Positions 28,796 through 39,289 of a stretch of DNA of 64,000 nucleotides are shown one piece after another. Both the position numbers and the translations under genes were made by a program. The notes under the pieces are model-generated. The model made no database searches, was not told the DNA's origin, and was given only the letters and a program-made list of their open reading frames with translations. The stretch lies in assembly GCA_045606105.1 (NCBI GenBank), contig JAZURI010000002.1, forward strand, positions 32,001 through 96,000, read 5' to 3'. The stretch comes from Spirochaetia bacterium. Its GTDB lineage: Bacteria > Spirochaetota > Spirochaetia > CADAEX01. Numbering within the stretch: the first letter of the stretch is position 1; each line of letters starts with the position of its first letter.

Positions 28796-29526
28796 TGTCT
28801 TTTCAGAACCCATTTCCGGGAGCAGTAACTGTTTTTCTGGAAGAAACCGAAACCACCATGAAGGATGCCGCTGAGCTGGCTCAGAAAAATGCCGGATCAG
28901 GCTCTCTTGTCTGTGCCGATTACCAGAGTGCCGGCCGGGGGCGTGTTCCCGACAGGAAATGGATAGGCATAAAAGGGGAATCCCTTCTTTTTACCGTTGT
29001 ATTCAGGATATCGGATATTCCCTTTGAGCTTTCTCTTTTTCCCTTCTTTGCAGGATATTCCCTTTCTATAGCCCTTGAGAAGCTGTACGGAATCAAAGGG
29101 AAAATCAAATGGCCCAACGATATCATTGTCAGTGGCAGAAAGCTGGCCGGAATATACTGCCGGTCCGACAGCGACTGCATACTCTGCGGTATAGGGGTCA
29201 ATCTGTTACAGGAGAACTTTGAAACCGCATCAGCCTTTCCTCCATGCTCCGTCAGGTCAGTTACCGGAAAAACTCCCTGCCGCAATACTCTTCTTGAATC
29301 AATACTTTCTGCCATGAAGGAGAGTCTGTCAGATCCGGAATGGAAGGAAAAAGGGGAGAAATCCCTTTTCAGGCTGGGAGAAGAGGTTCTGTTTGCCGAA
29401 GGAGAGGCCGGCAGCGTCATATTGTCCCGGGGGCGTGTGACAGGCCTGGGTGAATATGGTGAGCTGATTCTGGAAACAGACAGCGGTGAGCAGACTCACT
29501 TTTATTCCGGCGAGATATATTTGTAG
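28795..29526 (+). CDS. birA: Biotin-protein ligase without HTH (class I)
   Basis: QSAGRGR, KWPND, RKLAGI, GIGVN. Confidence 0.92.
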   Translation: MSFQNPFPGAVTVFLEETETTMKDAAELAQKNAGSGSLVCADYQSAGRGRVPDRKWIGIKGESLLFTVVFRISDIPFELSLFPFFAGYSLSIALEKLYGIKGKIKWPNDIIVSGRKLAGIYCRSDSDCILCGIGVNLLQENFETASAFPPCSVRSVTGKTPCRNTLLESILSAMKESLSDPEWKEKGEKSLFRLGEEVLFAEGEAGSVILSRGRVTGLGEYGELILETDSGEQTHFYSGEIYL

Positions 29527-29535
29527 CATATCGTC

Positions 29536-29564
29536 TTGAAGAAAAAGAAAAGAATTAGTATCTT
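29536..29564 (+). promoter_or_regulatory. sigma70 promoter of groEL (leadered)
   Basis: TTGAAG-17nt-TATCTT; SD AAGGGG before ATG 29613. Confidence 0.5.
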
Positions 29565-29606
29565 ATATAAAACAGAAAAATAATTAAATTAATATAAAGG
29601 GGTTAA

Positions 29607-31253
<1,647 letters not shown>

Positions 31254-31272
31254 TTTACATCCAATTATCGCT

Positions 31273-31305
31273 AAAAAGGAAGACTTAGGTCTTCCTTTTT
31301 TTTTT
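31273..31305 (+). terminator. Intrinsic terminator after groEL
   Basis: AAAAAGGAAGAC-TTAG-GTCTTCCTTTTT hairpin followed by a T run. Confidence 0.9.
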
Positions 31306-31331
31306 CAACAATATTATATTAAGACCGGAAT

Positions 31332-32426
31332 ATGAATGTTTTTATACAGATTATCCTTGCTGCGGCATCTTTTGCTTTTCTGGGAATTATTCTCGGTATT
31401 CTGTACAAGAAGATTTATTTTGGTTTTACACCTAAACAGGTTGCCTTTCTCATCGGGCAGCAGGAAATGGTGCTGGAAAACCTCAGAACCGGAATTATTT
31501 ATGTGGATAATCAGGGAAAGATTATTCTTCTCAATTCTGCCGGAAAAAAGCTGCTGCACCTGGATGACAACGCCATCGGCACAAATATAAAAAATTATTT
31601 TTTCTACGACCCGTTCCAGCTGATGCTGAAGACAGGAGAGCTAATTCCCTCCAGGGAGATAAGGATTTCTGCCTGCAACTCCATTCTCTTTCAGTTTCAT
31701 CTGGTGCACAACAAATCGGGCGACAAGCTTCTGGGTATCATTGCCAACATGGAGGATCTTTCCATAGCAAAGCAGAAAGCGGAGGAGCTTACCGGCATGA
31801 GAACCCTGATGAACGAGGTCAGGGCCCATAACCATGAGTTCCAGAACAAGCTCCATACCATTTCGGGGCTTATACAGCTGCAGGAATATCAGGAAGCCAT
31901 AGATTTCATCTCAAACGCCACAAAATACAGCCAGAGGCTTATAGGAACCCTTATTTCCAAGGTGAAGGATCCCAGTGTGGCAGGTCTACTGATGTCAAAG
32001 AATGCCAAGGCAGGCGAAAAGAAGATCAGGATGGTTATCAATGAAGAGACCTTTCTCAGCAGGATTCCCGAATACATGTACAAGGATGAATTCTGTTCCA
32101 TACTGGGAAATCTTGTGGACAATTCCCTGGATGAGCTTACCGGCCGGACCGACGGACTGGTGGAAATAGGCATCTTTCAGAGTGACAGTGAGATAAACAT
32201 TACCGTTTATGACAACGGAAAAGGCATACCCGAAACATCAATTTCAAGAATTTTTGAAAAAGGACACAGCACCAAGGGCTCCGGAAGGGGATTCGGACTC
32301 TGGCTTATCAAGGAAATAGTTGATGCATATCAGGGAAAGATAAGGATATGCTGTGTTTCGGGAACTGTGGTAAATGTCATACTGCCGATAAAACTGGAGA
32401 GAAAACATGAAAATACTTATTGTTGA
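31332..32426 (+). CDS. CitA/DcuS-family sensor kinase lacking the periplasmic sensor domain
   Basis: One [15 protein letters not shown] linker, [21 protein letters not shown]-box, GNLVDNS, DNGKGI, GRGFGL. Confidence 0.88.
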   Translation: MNVFIQIILAAASFAFLGIILGILYKKIYFGFTPKQVAFLIGQQEMVLENLRTGIIYVDNQGKIILLNSAGKKLLHLDDNAIGTNIKNYFFYDPFQLMLKTGELIPSREIRISACNSILFQFHLVHNKSGDKLLGIIANMEDLSIAKQKAEELTGMRTLMNEVRAHNHEFQNKLHTISGLIQLQEYQEAIDFISNATKYSQRLIGTLISKVKDPSVAGLLMSKNAKAGEKKIRMVINEETFLSRIPEYMYKDEFCSILGNLVDNSLDELTGRTDGLVEIGIFQSDSEINITVYDNGKGIPETSISRIFEKGHSTKGSGRGFGLWLIKEIVDAYQGKIRICCVSGTVVNVILPIKLERKHENTYC

Positions 32427-33096
32427 AGACGATCCGATGGTAACACACATCAACATAAAATTTGCAAACAAGGCCGGTTACGACGATGTGGAATCTGTGG
32501 CCGACATAGAAGGGGCAAAGGAGAGACTGAGCAGGGGAGAAATCGATCTTGTTCTTCTCGATATCTATTTTCCCGTAGGAAAAGGGATTGAAATCCTGAT
32601 ATGGATCCGTAACCGGGGGCTTAAAACCGATGTCATCCTCATAACTGCAGACCGAAGTGCCGAAACAGTGGAGACTGCCATGAACTACGGTGCTGTCGAT
32701 TATCTTATCAAGCCCTTTGATTTTGAACGCTTCAAGGCAGCCATGGATAAATATATCAGCAAGATCAACGGCATTTCAGGAAAGGTAAATGTTGAACAGA
32801 ACGATATCGATGCCCTTTTTCTTGACAATACAAAAAAGGATATTGCAGCCTTGTCAGGGGATTTCCTGGAAAAGGGAATGAGCGAGAAAACCTATATCAC
32901 CATATTTGAAGCAATGCAGAAAAGTGAAAATGCCGTTACCTCCGAGGAGCTTGGTGACAGACTGGGAATTTCCAGGGTTTCCGTAAGAAGATATCTTGAA
33001 TTCATGGAAAGCAAGGGTATCCTGGAGCTTAAGCTTATCTACGGAAAAAAGGGCAGACCTCAGCACTTATTCAAATATATTGAAAAAAGTAATTGA
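32407..33096 (+). CDS. CitB/DcuR-family response regulator
   Basis: [47 protein letters not shown]. Confidence 0.92.
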   Translation: MKILIVEDDPMVTHINIKFANKAGYDDVESVADIEGAKERLSRGEIDLVLLDIYFPVGKGIEILIWIRNRGLKTDVILITADRSAETVETAMNYGAVDYLIKPFDFERFKAAMDKYISKINGISGKVNVEQNDIDALFLDNTKKDIAALSGDFLEKGMSEKTYITIFEAMQKSENAVTSEELGDRLGISRVSVRRYLEFMESKGILELKLIYGKKGRPQHLFKYIEKSN

Positions 33097-33121
33097 CCTT
33101 TATTTTTGAATTTGATAAAGT
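33093..33121 (+). promoter_or_regulatory. sigma70 promoter of tRNA-Met
   Basis: TTGACC-17nt-TAAAGT with TGn extension, 12 nt before the tRNA. Confidence 0.6.
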
Positions 33122-33133
33122 ATCGACATTGAT

Positions 33134-33206
33134 GGCGGCGTAACTCAGTCGGTAGAGTAACCGGCTCATATCCGGTCTGTCAGGGGTTCAAGTCCCTTCG
33201 CCGCTA
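33134..33206 (+). tRNA. tRNA-Met (CAT), elongator type; CCA not encoded
   Basis: Acceptor GGCGGCG/CGCCGCT with discriminator A; anticodon arm ACCGG-CTCATAT-CCGGT; T arm AGGGG-TTCAAGT-CCCTT. No C1:A72 mismatch or three G-C pairs of an initiator; Ile2(CAT) is not strictly excluded. Confidence 0.9.
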
Positions 33207-34219
33207 TTCTTTTTATATGCCAGTTGTCCGCAGGCACCTGAAATCCCGAAACCTTTCTTTTTTCTTATTGTATAGTTGATTCCTATCCTGTCCAGTTTTG
33301 CACAGAAGCTGTTTATACTTTTCACGGAAGGTGTCCTGAATGCCTTTCCTTCAACCTCATTCCACGGAATAAGATTTACAAGAACAGAAAGTCCCGATAC
33401 CATTTTCCTGAGAGCATTGATATCCTCATCACCCATGTTGAAATTTTCGATAAGAACATATTCAAAGGTAAAACGCTTGTTTTTTATTTTCTGGAATTCA
33501 CGGAGGGACTGCTTTAAATCCTGAAGGGAATATTTTCCTGTAATCGGCATTATTTCCTTTCTTTTTTCAGGAATTGCACTGTTCAGTGAAACAGCCAGCC
33601 GGATGTCATGAGGAAACTGTGACAGCTTTTCGATTCCCGGTACTATTCCGCAGGTGGAAACCGTGATCTTTCTTGAACCCAGGCCTATTCCGTTCCTATC
33701 GTTGAGAATCTCTATGGCCTTGAAAAGGTTCTCTGTATTGTCAAACGGTTCTCCCATTCCCATGAAGACGATATTTGAAAGCTTTCCCGCAATTCTTTCG
33801 CCAATCAGAAACTGCTCCAGAATCTCTCCTGCAGTAAGGTTCCTGAGAAAGCCCATATCTGCTGTCCTGCAGAACCGGCAGCCCATCTTACAGCCGCACT
33901 GAGAGGAAATACAGATGGTCTTCCTGTCGTTTCCGTCATTGAGTATGACAGCCTCGGTACAGAGCCCGTCGGAAAGCCTGAGTCTCAGCTTCTTGTTCTT
34001 CTCGTCATCAAGTACCAGATCCACCTCGGTTGTATAGACAGAGAAATTTTCTTCCAGCCTTTCACGCATGGAAAGGGGAATATCGGTCATGGAGGAAAAG
34101 CTTTCGGCACCTGAACAGAGTGCACGGTATATCTGCTTTGAACGGAACTTCTCCTTTACACCGATCAGCTCATGGATTTCATCCGGAAAAAGCCCTAAAA
34201 GACTTGTTCTTGCAGCCAA
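33188..34219 (-). CDS. rlmN: Radical SAM 23S rRNA/tRNA m2A methyltransferase RlmN
   Basis: CISSQCGCKMGCRFC, FMGMGEP, ITVSTCG, LAVSLNS, FEYVL, ISGACGQL. Start TTG 34219 just past the hisB stop. Confidence 0.95.
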   Translation of the reverse strand: MAARTSLLGLFPDEIHELIGVKEKFRSKQIYRALCSGAESFSSMTDIPLSMRERLEENFSVYTTEVDLVLDDEKNKKLRLRLSDGLCTEAVILNDGNDRKTICISSQCGCKMGCRFCRTADMGFLRNLTAGEILEQFLIGERIAGKLSNIVFMGMGEPFDNTENLFKAIEILNDRNGIGLGSRKITVSTCGIVPGIEKLSQFPHDIRLAVSLNSAIPEKRKEIMPITGKYSLQDLKQSLREFQKIKNKRFTFEYVLIENFNMGDEDINALRKMVSGLSVLVNLIPWNEVEGKAFRTPSVKSINSFCAKLDRIGINYTIRKKKGFGISGACGQLAYKKNSGEGT

Positions 34220-34221
34220 AA

Positions 34222-34797
34222 TCAGATAACACCCTTTGTGGAAAGCACGCTGCTGTGTTCCGATGGAGAATAAGCCTGCTTCAGGGCTTTTCCGAAGGCC
34301 TTGAAAAGGGCTTCTGCCATATGGTGGCTGTTTGCTCCGTACCTGCAGTTGCAGTGCAGTGAAATCTGAGCCTTGTTTGCGAATGCTATGAAGAATTCCC
34401 TTAAAAGGGACATGTCGAAGGTGCCGGACATTGCCTGAGGAAAATCGGCATTGAATACTGCATAGGGTCTTCCGCATACATCAATAACCACCTCTGAAAG
34501 GGCATCATCCATAGGGATAACCGAGAATCCGTATCTGCAGAGAGGACTGTTTTCCGCACCGAGACGGCTGAATGCATCTCCCAGGACCAGTCCGATATCC
34601 TCCACCAGGTGATGAGGATCCACATCCACATCCCCGTCAGCCTCTATACTGAAGGAAAAGCCTCCATGAAAAGCCATGGCTGTAAGCATGTGATTGAAAA
34701 AAGGGAGCGGAGTCCTGATATCAATGACCCTGCTGTCATCAATACCGACAGAAAGTGAAATATCGGTTTCTTTGGTTTTTCTTTTTACACTTATCAT
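34222..34797 (-). CDS. hisB: Imidazoleglycerol-phosphate dehydratase
   Basis: RKTKETDI, FFNHML, DPHHLVED, PMDDAL, NSHHMAEALFKA. Confidence 0.96.
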   Translation of the reverse strand: MISVKRKTKETDISLSVGIDDSRVIDIRTPLPFFNHMLTAMAFHGGFSFSIEADGDVDVDPHHLVEDIGLVLGDAFSRLGAENSPLCRYGFSVIPMDDALSEVVIDVCGRPYAVFNADFPQAMSGTFDMSLLREFFIAFANKAQISLHCNCRYGANSHHMAEALFKAFGKALKQAYSPSEHSSVLSTKGVI

Positions 34798-34858
34798 AAA
34801 GGTTTCCTTAAAATCTGGATTTATTTATTTATAATACATTTATTTTAATAAAACAATA

Positions 34859-34867
34859 TGTTATATT
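34859..34867 (+). promoter_or_regulatory. Extended -10 promoter of the queuosine-precursor transporter, apparently leaderless
   Basis: TGT-TATATT-ttcccc-ATG(34874). Confidence 0.6.
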
Positions 34868-34873
34868 TTCCCC

Positions 34874-35572
34874 ATGCAGTTTTATAATGAAATTCTCTGG
34901 CTGACAGCACTTGTTGTTACCTTTTCCATTTTTCTTGCCGTTTATCGCTTTTCGGGAAAGACAGGACTTTTTATATGGATCGGAATAGCATCTGTTCTGG
35001 CCAATATCCAGGTTATCAAGCTCATAGATTTTTTCGGATTTACGATAACATTGGGAAATGTACTCTATGCCACCACCTTCATGGCCACCGATATCCTTTC
35101 CGAAAACTATTCGAAGGAACATGCAAGGAAATCAATCTGGGTAGGTTTCATCGCAATTACATGCATGATAGTTCTCATGAAGATATCAACATTGTTCAAG
35201 CCGGCAGAAGCAGATTTTGTTTCCGGAAGCCTGAACACCATCTTCGATTTCATGCCAAGGGTCAGCCTTGCCAGCCTGGCAGCCTTTGTCGTTTCCCAGT
35301 ATCACGATGTATGGGCCTATGACTTCTGGCGGAGAAAATTTCCTGAAACAAAATTTATTTTTATAAGAAACAACCTGAGTACAATCGTAAGCCAGCTGGC
35401 CGACAGTACAATCTTCACCATTGTCGCTTTTGCAGGGGTATATGATTTTCCGGTACTTGTTTCTATTATCCTTTCAACCTGCATACTCAAGTGGATAATA
35501 GCCCTGTTTGACACCGGCTGTATCTATCTGGCGGCAGCATGGCACAGGAAAGGGAAGGTAAGGGAACTGTGA
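34874..35572 (+). CDS. Queuosine precursor transporter (YhhQ/VUT family)
   Basis: LANIQVIK, TDILSE, ASLAAFVVSQYHDV, RNNLSTIVSQLADS. Confidence 0.9.
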   Translation: MQFYNEILWLTALVVTFSIFLAVYRFSGKTGLFIWIGIASVLANIQVIKLIDFFGFTITLGNVLYATTFMATDILSENYSKEHARKSIWVGFIAITCMIVLMKISTLFKPAEADFVSGSLNTIFDFMPRVSLASLAAFVVSQYHDVWAYDFWRRKFPETKFIFIRNNLSTIVSQLADSTIFTIVAFAGVYDFPVLVSIILSTCILKWIIALFDTGCIYLAAAWHRKGKVREL

Positions 35573-36201
35573 CAGACATCAATGCATTGGAATACATGAG
35601 AAGCTTTATCGAATTTACAAATCCTGTATGCAGGGAGCTGGAATCCACAAATGCGGGAAGGGATGATCTTCAGCCCTCCATCGAGCCTGAAAGCGGCCGT
35701 TTTCTTTCATTCCTTGTCAGGATGACAGGAGCCAGGAAGGTCCTTGAAATGGGATGCGGTGTGGCAAACTCCACAATATGGCTGGCAGAGGCGGTAAAGG
35801 CCAACGGAGGAATACTCTATACAGTGGACAATCATCCGAGGACCTGGGCAGAGGCCTGCAGGAATATCGAGAATTCAGGCCTGAAGGATTATGTCCGGAT
35901 GTTTCATTCCGATGCAGAGGCCGCAGTTGAGAAATTCATGGCAGATGGCGAGGAATTCGACCTTATTTTCCAGGACTGCGGAAAATATGTATATACATTG
36001 ATCTATGACCAGGTGGCATCCCTGTGCCGGAAAGGGGGAATAATAGTTGCAGACGATACCATGTTCTCAGTCTGTGACGGTGTAAGGAAAAACCTGGGAC
36101 TCCATATGGACCGTTACAATAAGCAGATGTTTGCAGACAAGGCCTTTTTCTCAACCATGATACCCATCGGTCACGGAATCACCCTGAGCCTGAAGTTCTG
36201 A
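35569..36201 (+). CDS. SAM-dependent O-methyltransferase (TrmR/YrrM-like)
   Basis: ARKVLEMGCGVANSTIW, FDLIFQDCGK, GGIIVADD; GTG start overlaps the upstream stop (GTGA). Confidence 0.85.
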   Translation: MTDINALEYMRSFIEFTNPVCRELESTNAGRDDLQPSIEPESGRFLSFLVRMTGARKVLEMGCGVANSTIWLAEAVKANGGILYTVDNHPRTWAEACRNIENSGLKDYVRMFHSDAEAAVEKFMADGEEFDLIFQDCGKYVYTLIYDQVASLCRKGGIIVADDTMFSVCDGVRKNLGLHMDRYNKQMFADKAFFSTMIPIGHGITLSLKF

Positions 36202-36208
36202 ATCAGGT
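36193..36208 (+). repeat. Left direct repeat of the glycan island
   Basis: AAGTTCTGAATCAGGT, 15/16 identical to 44533-44548; contains the O-methyltransferase stop. Confidence 0.8.
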
Positions 36209-36225
36209 TTAACTTCAATTATGAG

Positions 36226-36254
36226 TTGTTTTTTATAAATTTTATTATTATAAT
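36226..36254 (+). promoter_or_regulatory. sigma70 promoter of the island operon (leadered)
   Basis: TTGTTT-17nt-TATAAT; SD GAGGG before TTG 36287. Confidence 0.55.
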
Positions 36255-36286
36255 GATATTCATAAGCTTGACTGAGGGTAAGTACT

Positions 36287-37411
36287 TTGGATAAAGGACA
36301 TCAGAAAAAATTATTTGTTTCCCAGCCTCTTCTGCCGTCACTGTCAGATGTAAACAGGCATCTTGAGGATATATGGAATTCCAGATGGCTTACCAATATG
36401 GGAATAAAACACAACGAATTAGAAAACAGGATAAAGGAAGTCCTTAAGGTACCTTGTGCATCACTTTTCAATAACGGAACAATTGCATTGCTGACAGCAA
36501 TCAAAGCACTTGATTTACCTTACGGAAGCGAAATTATAACTACTCCGTTTACATTTGCCGCGACTCCACATTGTATTACATGGAACGGTATGACACCCAT
36601 ATTCTGTGACATAGAAAAAGATACTTGTACCATTGATGCAGATAAGATAGAAAGACTTATCAATTCTAAAACTTCAGCTATTCTTGGAGTACATGTTTAC
36701 GGTTTTCCTTGTAATATTGAAAAAATAGGGAAAATTGCCGAAAAATATAATCTAAAAGTCATATATGATGCTGCACATGCTTTTTCTACAGAGATAGACG
36801 GCCGCGGTATCGGTACATTCGGTGATATAACTATGTTCTCTTTTCATGCGACCAAGCTTTTTAATTCAATAGAGGGAGGATGTCTTACCTACAATAATTC
36901 TGATCTGATCAAGAAAATCTATAATCTCAGAAATTTTGGTATACAGTCGGAAGAAATGGTTGAAGAGGTTGGAATCAACGGAAAACTAAATGAAGTCCAG
37001 GCATCTATAGGACTGGAAAACCTGAAACTTTTCCGGGATGAACAGTCAAAAAGGGCTGAAATAAAAAAATTTTACGACAGCAATCTTGGAAAAATCAAAG
37101 GAATATGGATTCCTGAACTTCCTGCCGGTGTTACAAATTCATATCAGTATTATCCAATTATCATTGAAGATGATTTTCCTGTTTCCAGAAACGAGCTTTA
37201 TGAAAGATTCAAAACACAAAACATCTTTACCAGAAAATATTTCTATCCGGCATGTTCAGATTATGCTTGCTATAGAAACAGTCCATCGGTAATGAATTCA
37301 GATCTTTCCACAGTCAACGATATCAAGTACAGGGTTCTTTGTCTCCCTTACTACGGTTCACTTACAGAAGAAGATCTGGAAAAAATCTGCAGAGGTTTCA
37401 GATGTCTTTAA
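36287..37411 (+). CDS. DegT/DnrJ NDP-sugar aminotransferase, VioA-like
   Basis: FVSQPLLP, NNGTIAL, TPFTFAAT, VIYDAAHAF, SFHATKLFNSIEGG, GINGKLNE, RKYFYP. Confidence 0.92.
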   Translation: MDKGHQKKLFVSQPLLPSLSDVNRHLEDIWNSRWLTNMGIKHNELENRIKEVLKVPCASLFNNGTIALLTAIKALDLPYGSEIITTPFTFAATPHCITWNGMTPIFCDIEKDTCTIDADKIERLINSKTSAILGVHVYGFPCNIEKIGKIAEKYNLKVIYDAAHAFSTEIDGRGIGTFGDITMFSFHATKLFNSIEGGCLTYNNSDLIKKIYNLRNFGIQSEEMVEEVGINGKLNEVQASIGLENLKLFRDEQSKRAEIKKFYDSNLGKIKGIWIPELPAGVTNSYQYYPIIIEDDFPVSRNELYERFKTQNIFTRKYFYPACSDYACYRNSPSVMNSDLSTVNDIKYRVLCLPYYGSLTEEDLEKICRGFRCL

Positions 37412-38127
37412 GAATTCTGAAGAATATAGTCTGGTTATTGTTCGGAAAAAAACGCCTCAGCAGAAAAATCAGGAAATGCAATGAAATTCAGATAAATAAA
37501 TCTGCATTGAAAAACATAAGTTTCAACATCAGGGGATGTAACAACACTGTTGTCATAAAGAACAATACCATCAACGGAAAAATTTTTCTTAATATTTTCG
37601 GAGATAACAACAGGATATTTATAGATGAAAATGTCAGTATTTCAGATTCTTTAAGAATATATATCGGACAGGATCATCCGTATTTCGGAAAAGTGACAGA
37701 TTCAGTCTTTTCAATAGGTAAGAATACATCGGTAGAATCCTTGAAATACATAACCTACAATTCCGGTACTTTCTGTGAAATAGGAGATGATTGTATGATC
37801 TCCTTTGGTATCACAATATATAATACAGACGGACACCCTATCCTTGATAAGGAAACCGGTAAAATTGTCAATCATGTTTCAGGTATAAGAATCGGAAGAC
37901 ACTCCTGGCTTGGAATGAATACTGTCATATTGAAAAATTCCGTAATTCCGGATAATTCAATCATAGGCTGCAGCTCGGTATTTTCAGGTAAAAAATTTAC
38001 CCGAACTTACTGTGCTTATGCTGGTAATCCGGCTGTACAGGTCAGGACAGATGTGGACTGGAATGTTGACGGCAAACGATACGGTTACATAACAAACAAC
38101 AGACAGTCGGAGAACAGCAATCAATGA
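37402..38127 (+). CDS. Hexapeptide-repeat acyltransferase
   Basis: IGDDCMIS, TDGHPI, IRIGRHSWLG, AGNPA; start ATG 37402 after SD GAGG. Confidence 0.85.
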   Translation: MSLRILKNIVWLLFGKKRLSRKIRKCNEIQINKSALKNISFNIRGCNNTVVIKNNTINGKIFLNIFGDNNRIFIDENVSISDSLRIYIGQDHPYFGKVTDSVFSIGKNTSVESLKYITYNSGTFCEIGDDCMISFGITIYNTDGHPILDKETGKIVNHVSGIRIGRHSWLGMNTVILKNSVIPDNSIIGCSSVFSGKKFTRTYCAYAGNPAVQVRTDVDWNVDGKRYGYITNNRQSENSNQ

Positions 38128-39287
38128 AGCACGAAATTAAGGGAAACAGGATTGCATATACAGTTTTCGGGAAACAGATTCTTTTTATTAATTTTGCCTA
38201 TTACAAAAACATATTTGCAGAAACTGTCAAGGCAAAAAAAATACAGGATAACTATGATCTGAAAACACTCCGTGAAGCAAAGAAGCTTATTCTGTTCGTT
38301 GTTCCGGCATCTACCAAAATCAACGGAGGAATAATGTCCATATATTCTCTCTGCGAAACATCAAGAATGCTGAATCCCGATTCACTCTGTATAATTTCCA
38401 CATATCCCAATTCAAGGTTTACATATTCATCCAACGATAAATTCCTTAATTATGAACAGATCTACAGGTTTGACCAGATAACAGAACATTGCCGCAACCT
38501 TGAAAGTCTTATTCTCCATATACCCGAATACTACTCAAAGGAATTCTATGGTTCTCTGAAACAGAAAGATAAGGATTTTTTCAGAAATTCAGGCAAGGTT
38601 CACATCAATATACTGAATCAGAACATCGAACTTATGCCGGATCCTATGAATATCAGCAGTCTGTATGAAATAACCCATAATATAACCCAGACACTTGCCC
38701 ATAACAGATATGCGACACAGGAAGTATGTGACAAATGGCAGATACCAACACATCTTTTCTCTGTCAGTATTGATTTATCAAGATATAAGATATATAATTT
38801 TGAAAATAAAGAAAAAATAATTGTATTGTCACCAGATACAAATAAATACAGGGATAGGGTAATTGCTGTCCTTAAAGAAGGGCTGCCGGAGTGGAAAATT
38901 ATTACTGTAAATAACCTTACATTTGCAGAATATATGGATCTTATTTCAAGGGCATTCTTTACAGTTACGTTCGGTGAGGGAATGGACGGGTACCTTAACC
39001 AGCCGATATATAAGAACAGTTTAGGGCTGGCTGTATATAACGAGGATTTTTTTCCGGGTAAAAGCTGGATGAATCTGAGAAACATATATCCGGACTATGA
39101 AACCATGATCAGGAATATCTGCAGCGATCTGCAAGAACTATATTCAGACAGTGATTTGTATTATAAAGTCATCGAAGAACATAGACAGATGCTTGGTTCC
39201 ATTTATGTAACGAACAATTATGTTGACAATTTAAGGCGGTTTTATCTGGGAGAATACGATTTTTTTCCAGCTATCAAAGGAGATTAA
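38124..39287 (+). CDS. Hypothetical protein, remote GT-B glycosyltransferase-like
   Basis: INGGIMSIYSL, HIPE, NILNQN, TFGEGMDGY resemble GT-B motifs; glycan-locus context. Confidence 0.5.
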   Translation: MKHEIKGNRIAYTVFGKQILFINFAYYKNIFAETVKAKKIQDNYDLKTLREAKKLILFVVPASTKINGGIMSIYSLCETSRMLNPDSLCIISTYPNSRFTYSSNDKFLNYEQIYRFDQITEHCRNLESLILHIPEYYSKEFYGSLKQKDKDFFRNSGKVHINILNQNIELMPDPMNISSLYEITHNITQTLAHNRYATQEVCDKWQIPTHLFSVSIDLSRYKIYNFENKEKIIVLSPDTNKYRDRVIAVLKEGLPEWKIITVNNLTFAEYMDLISRAFFTVTFGEGMDGYLNQPIYKNSLGLAVYNEDFFPGKSWMNLRNIYPDYETMIRNICSDLQELYSDSDLYYKVIEEHRQMLGSIYVTNNYVDNLRRFYLGEYDFFPAIKGD

Positions 39288-39289
39288 GT

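Noticed and set aside
31306-33133. CitAB-like pair as an island between groEL and tRNA-Met
   Set aside because: No flanking repeats, integrase, tRNA fragment or clear composition shift, and it lies 5' of the tRNA.
34220-34477. N-terminal extension of RlmN in the ORF track
   Set aside because: Overlaps hisB in another frame; TTG 34219 gives a normal-length RlmN.
34798-34873. preQ1 riboswitch upstream of the Q-precursor transporter
   Set aside because: No preQ1 stem or A-rich tail pattern; the region is filled by divergent promoters and the hisB SD.
36211-36234. Hairpin AACTTCA-ATTA-TGAGTT followed by a T run
   Set aside because: Bulged, AT-rich stem that overlaps the island -35 box; too weak to call a terminator.
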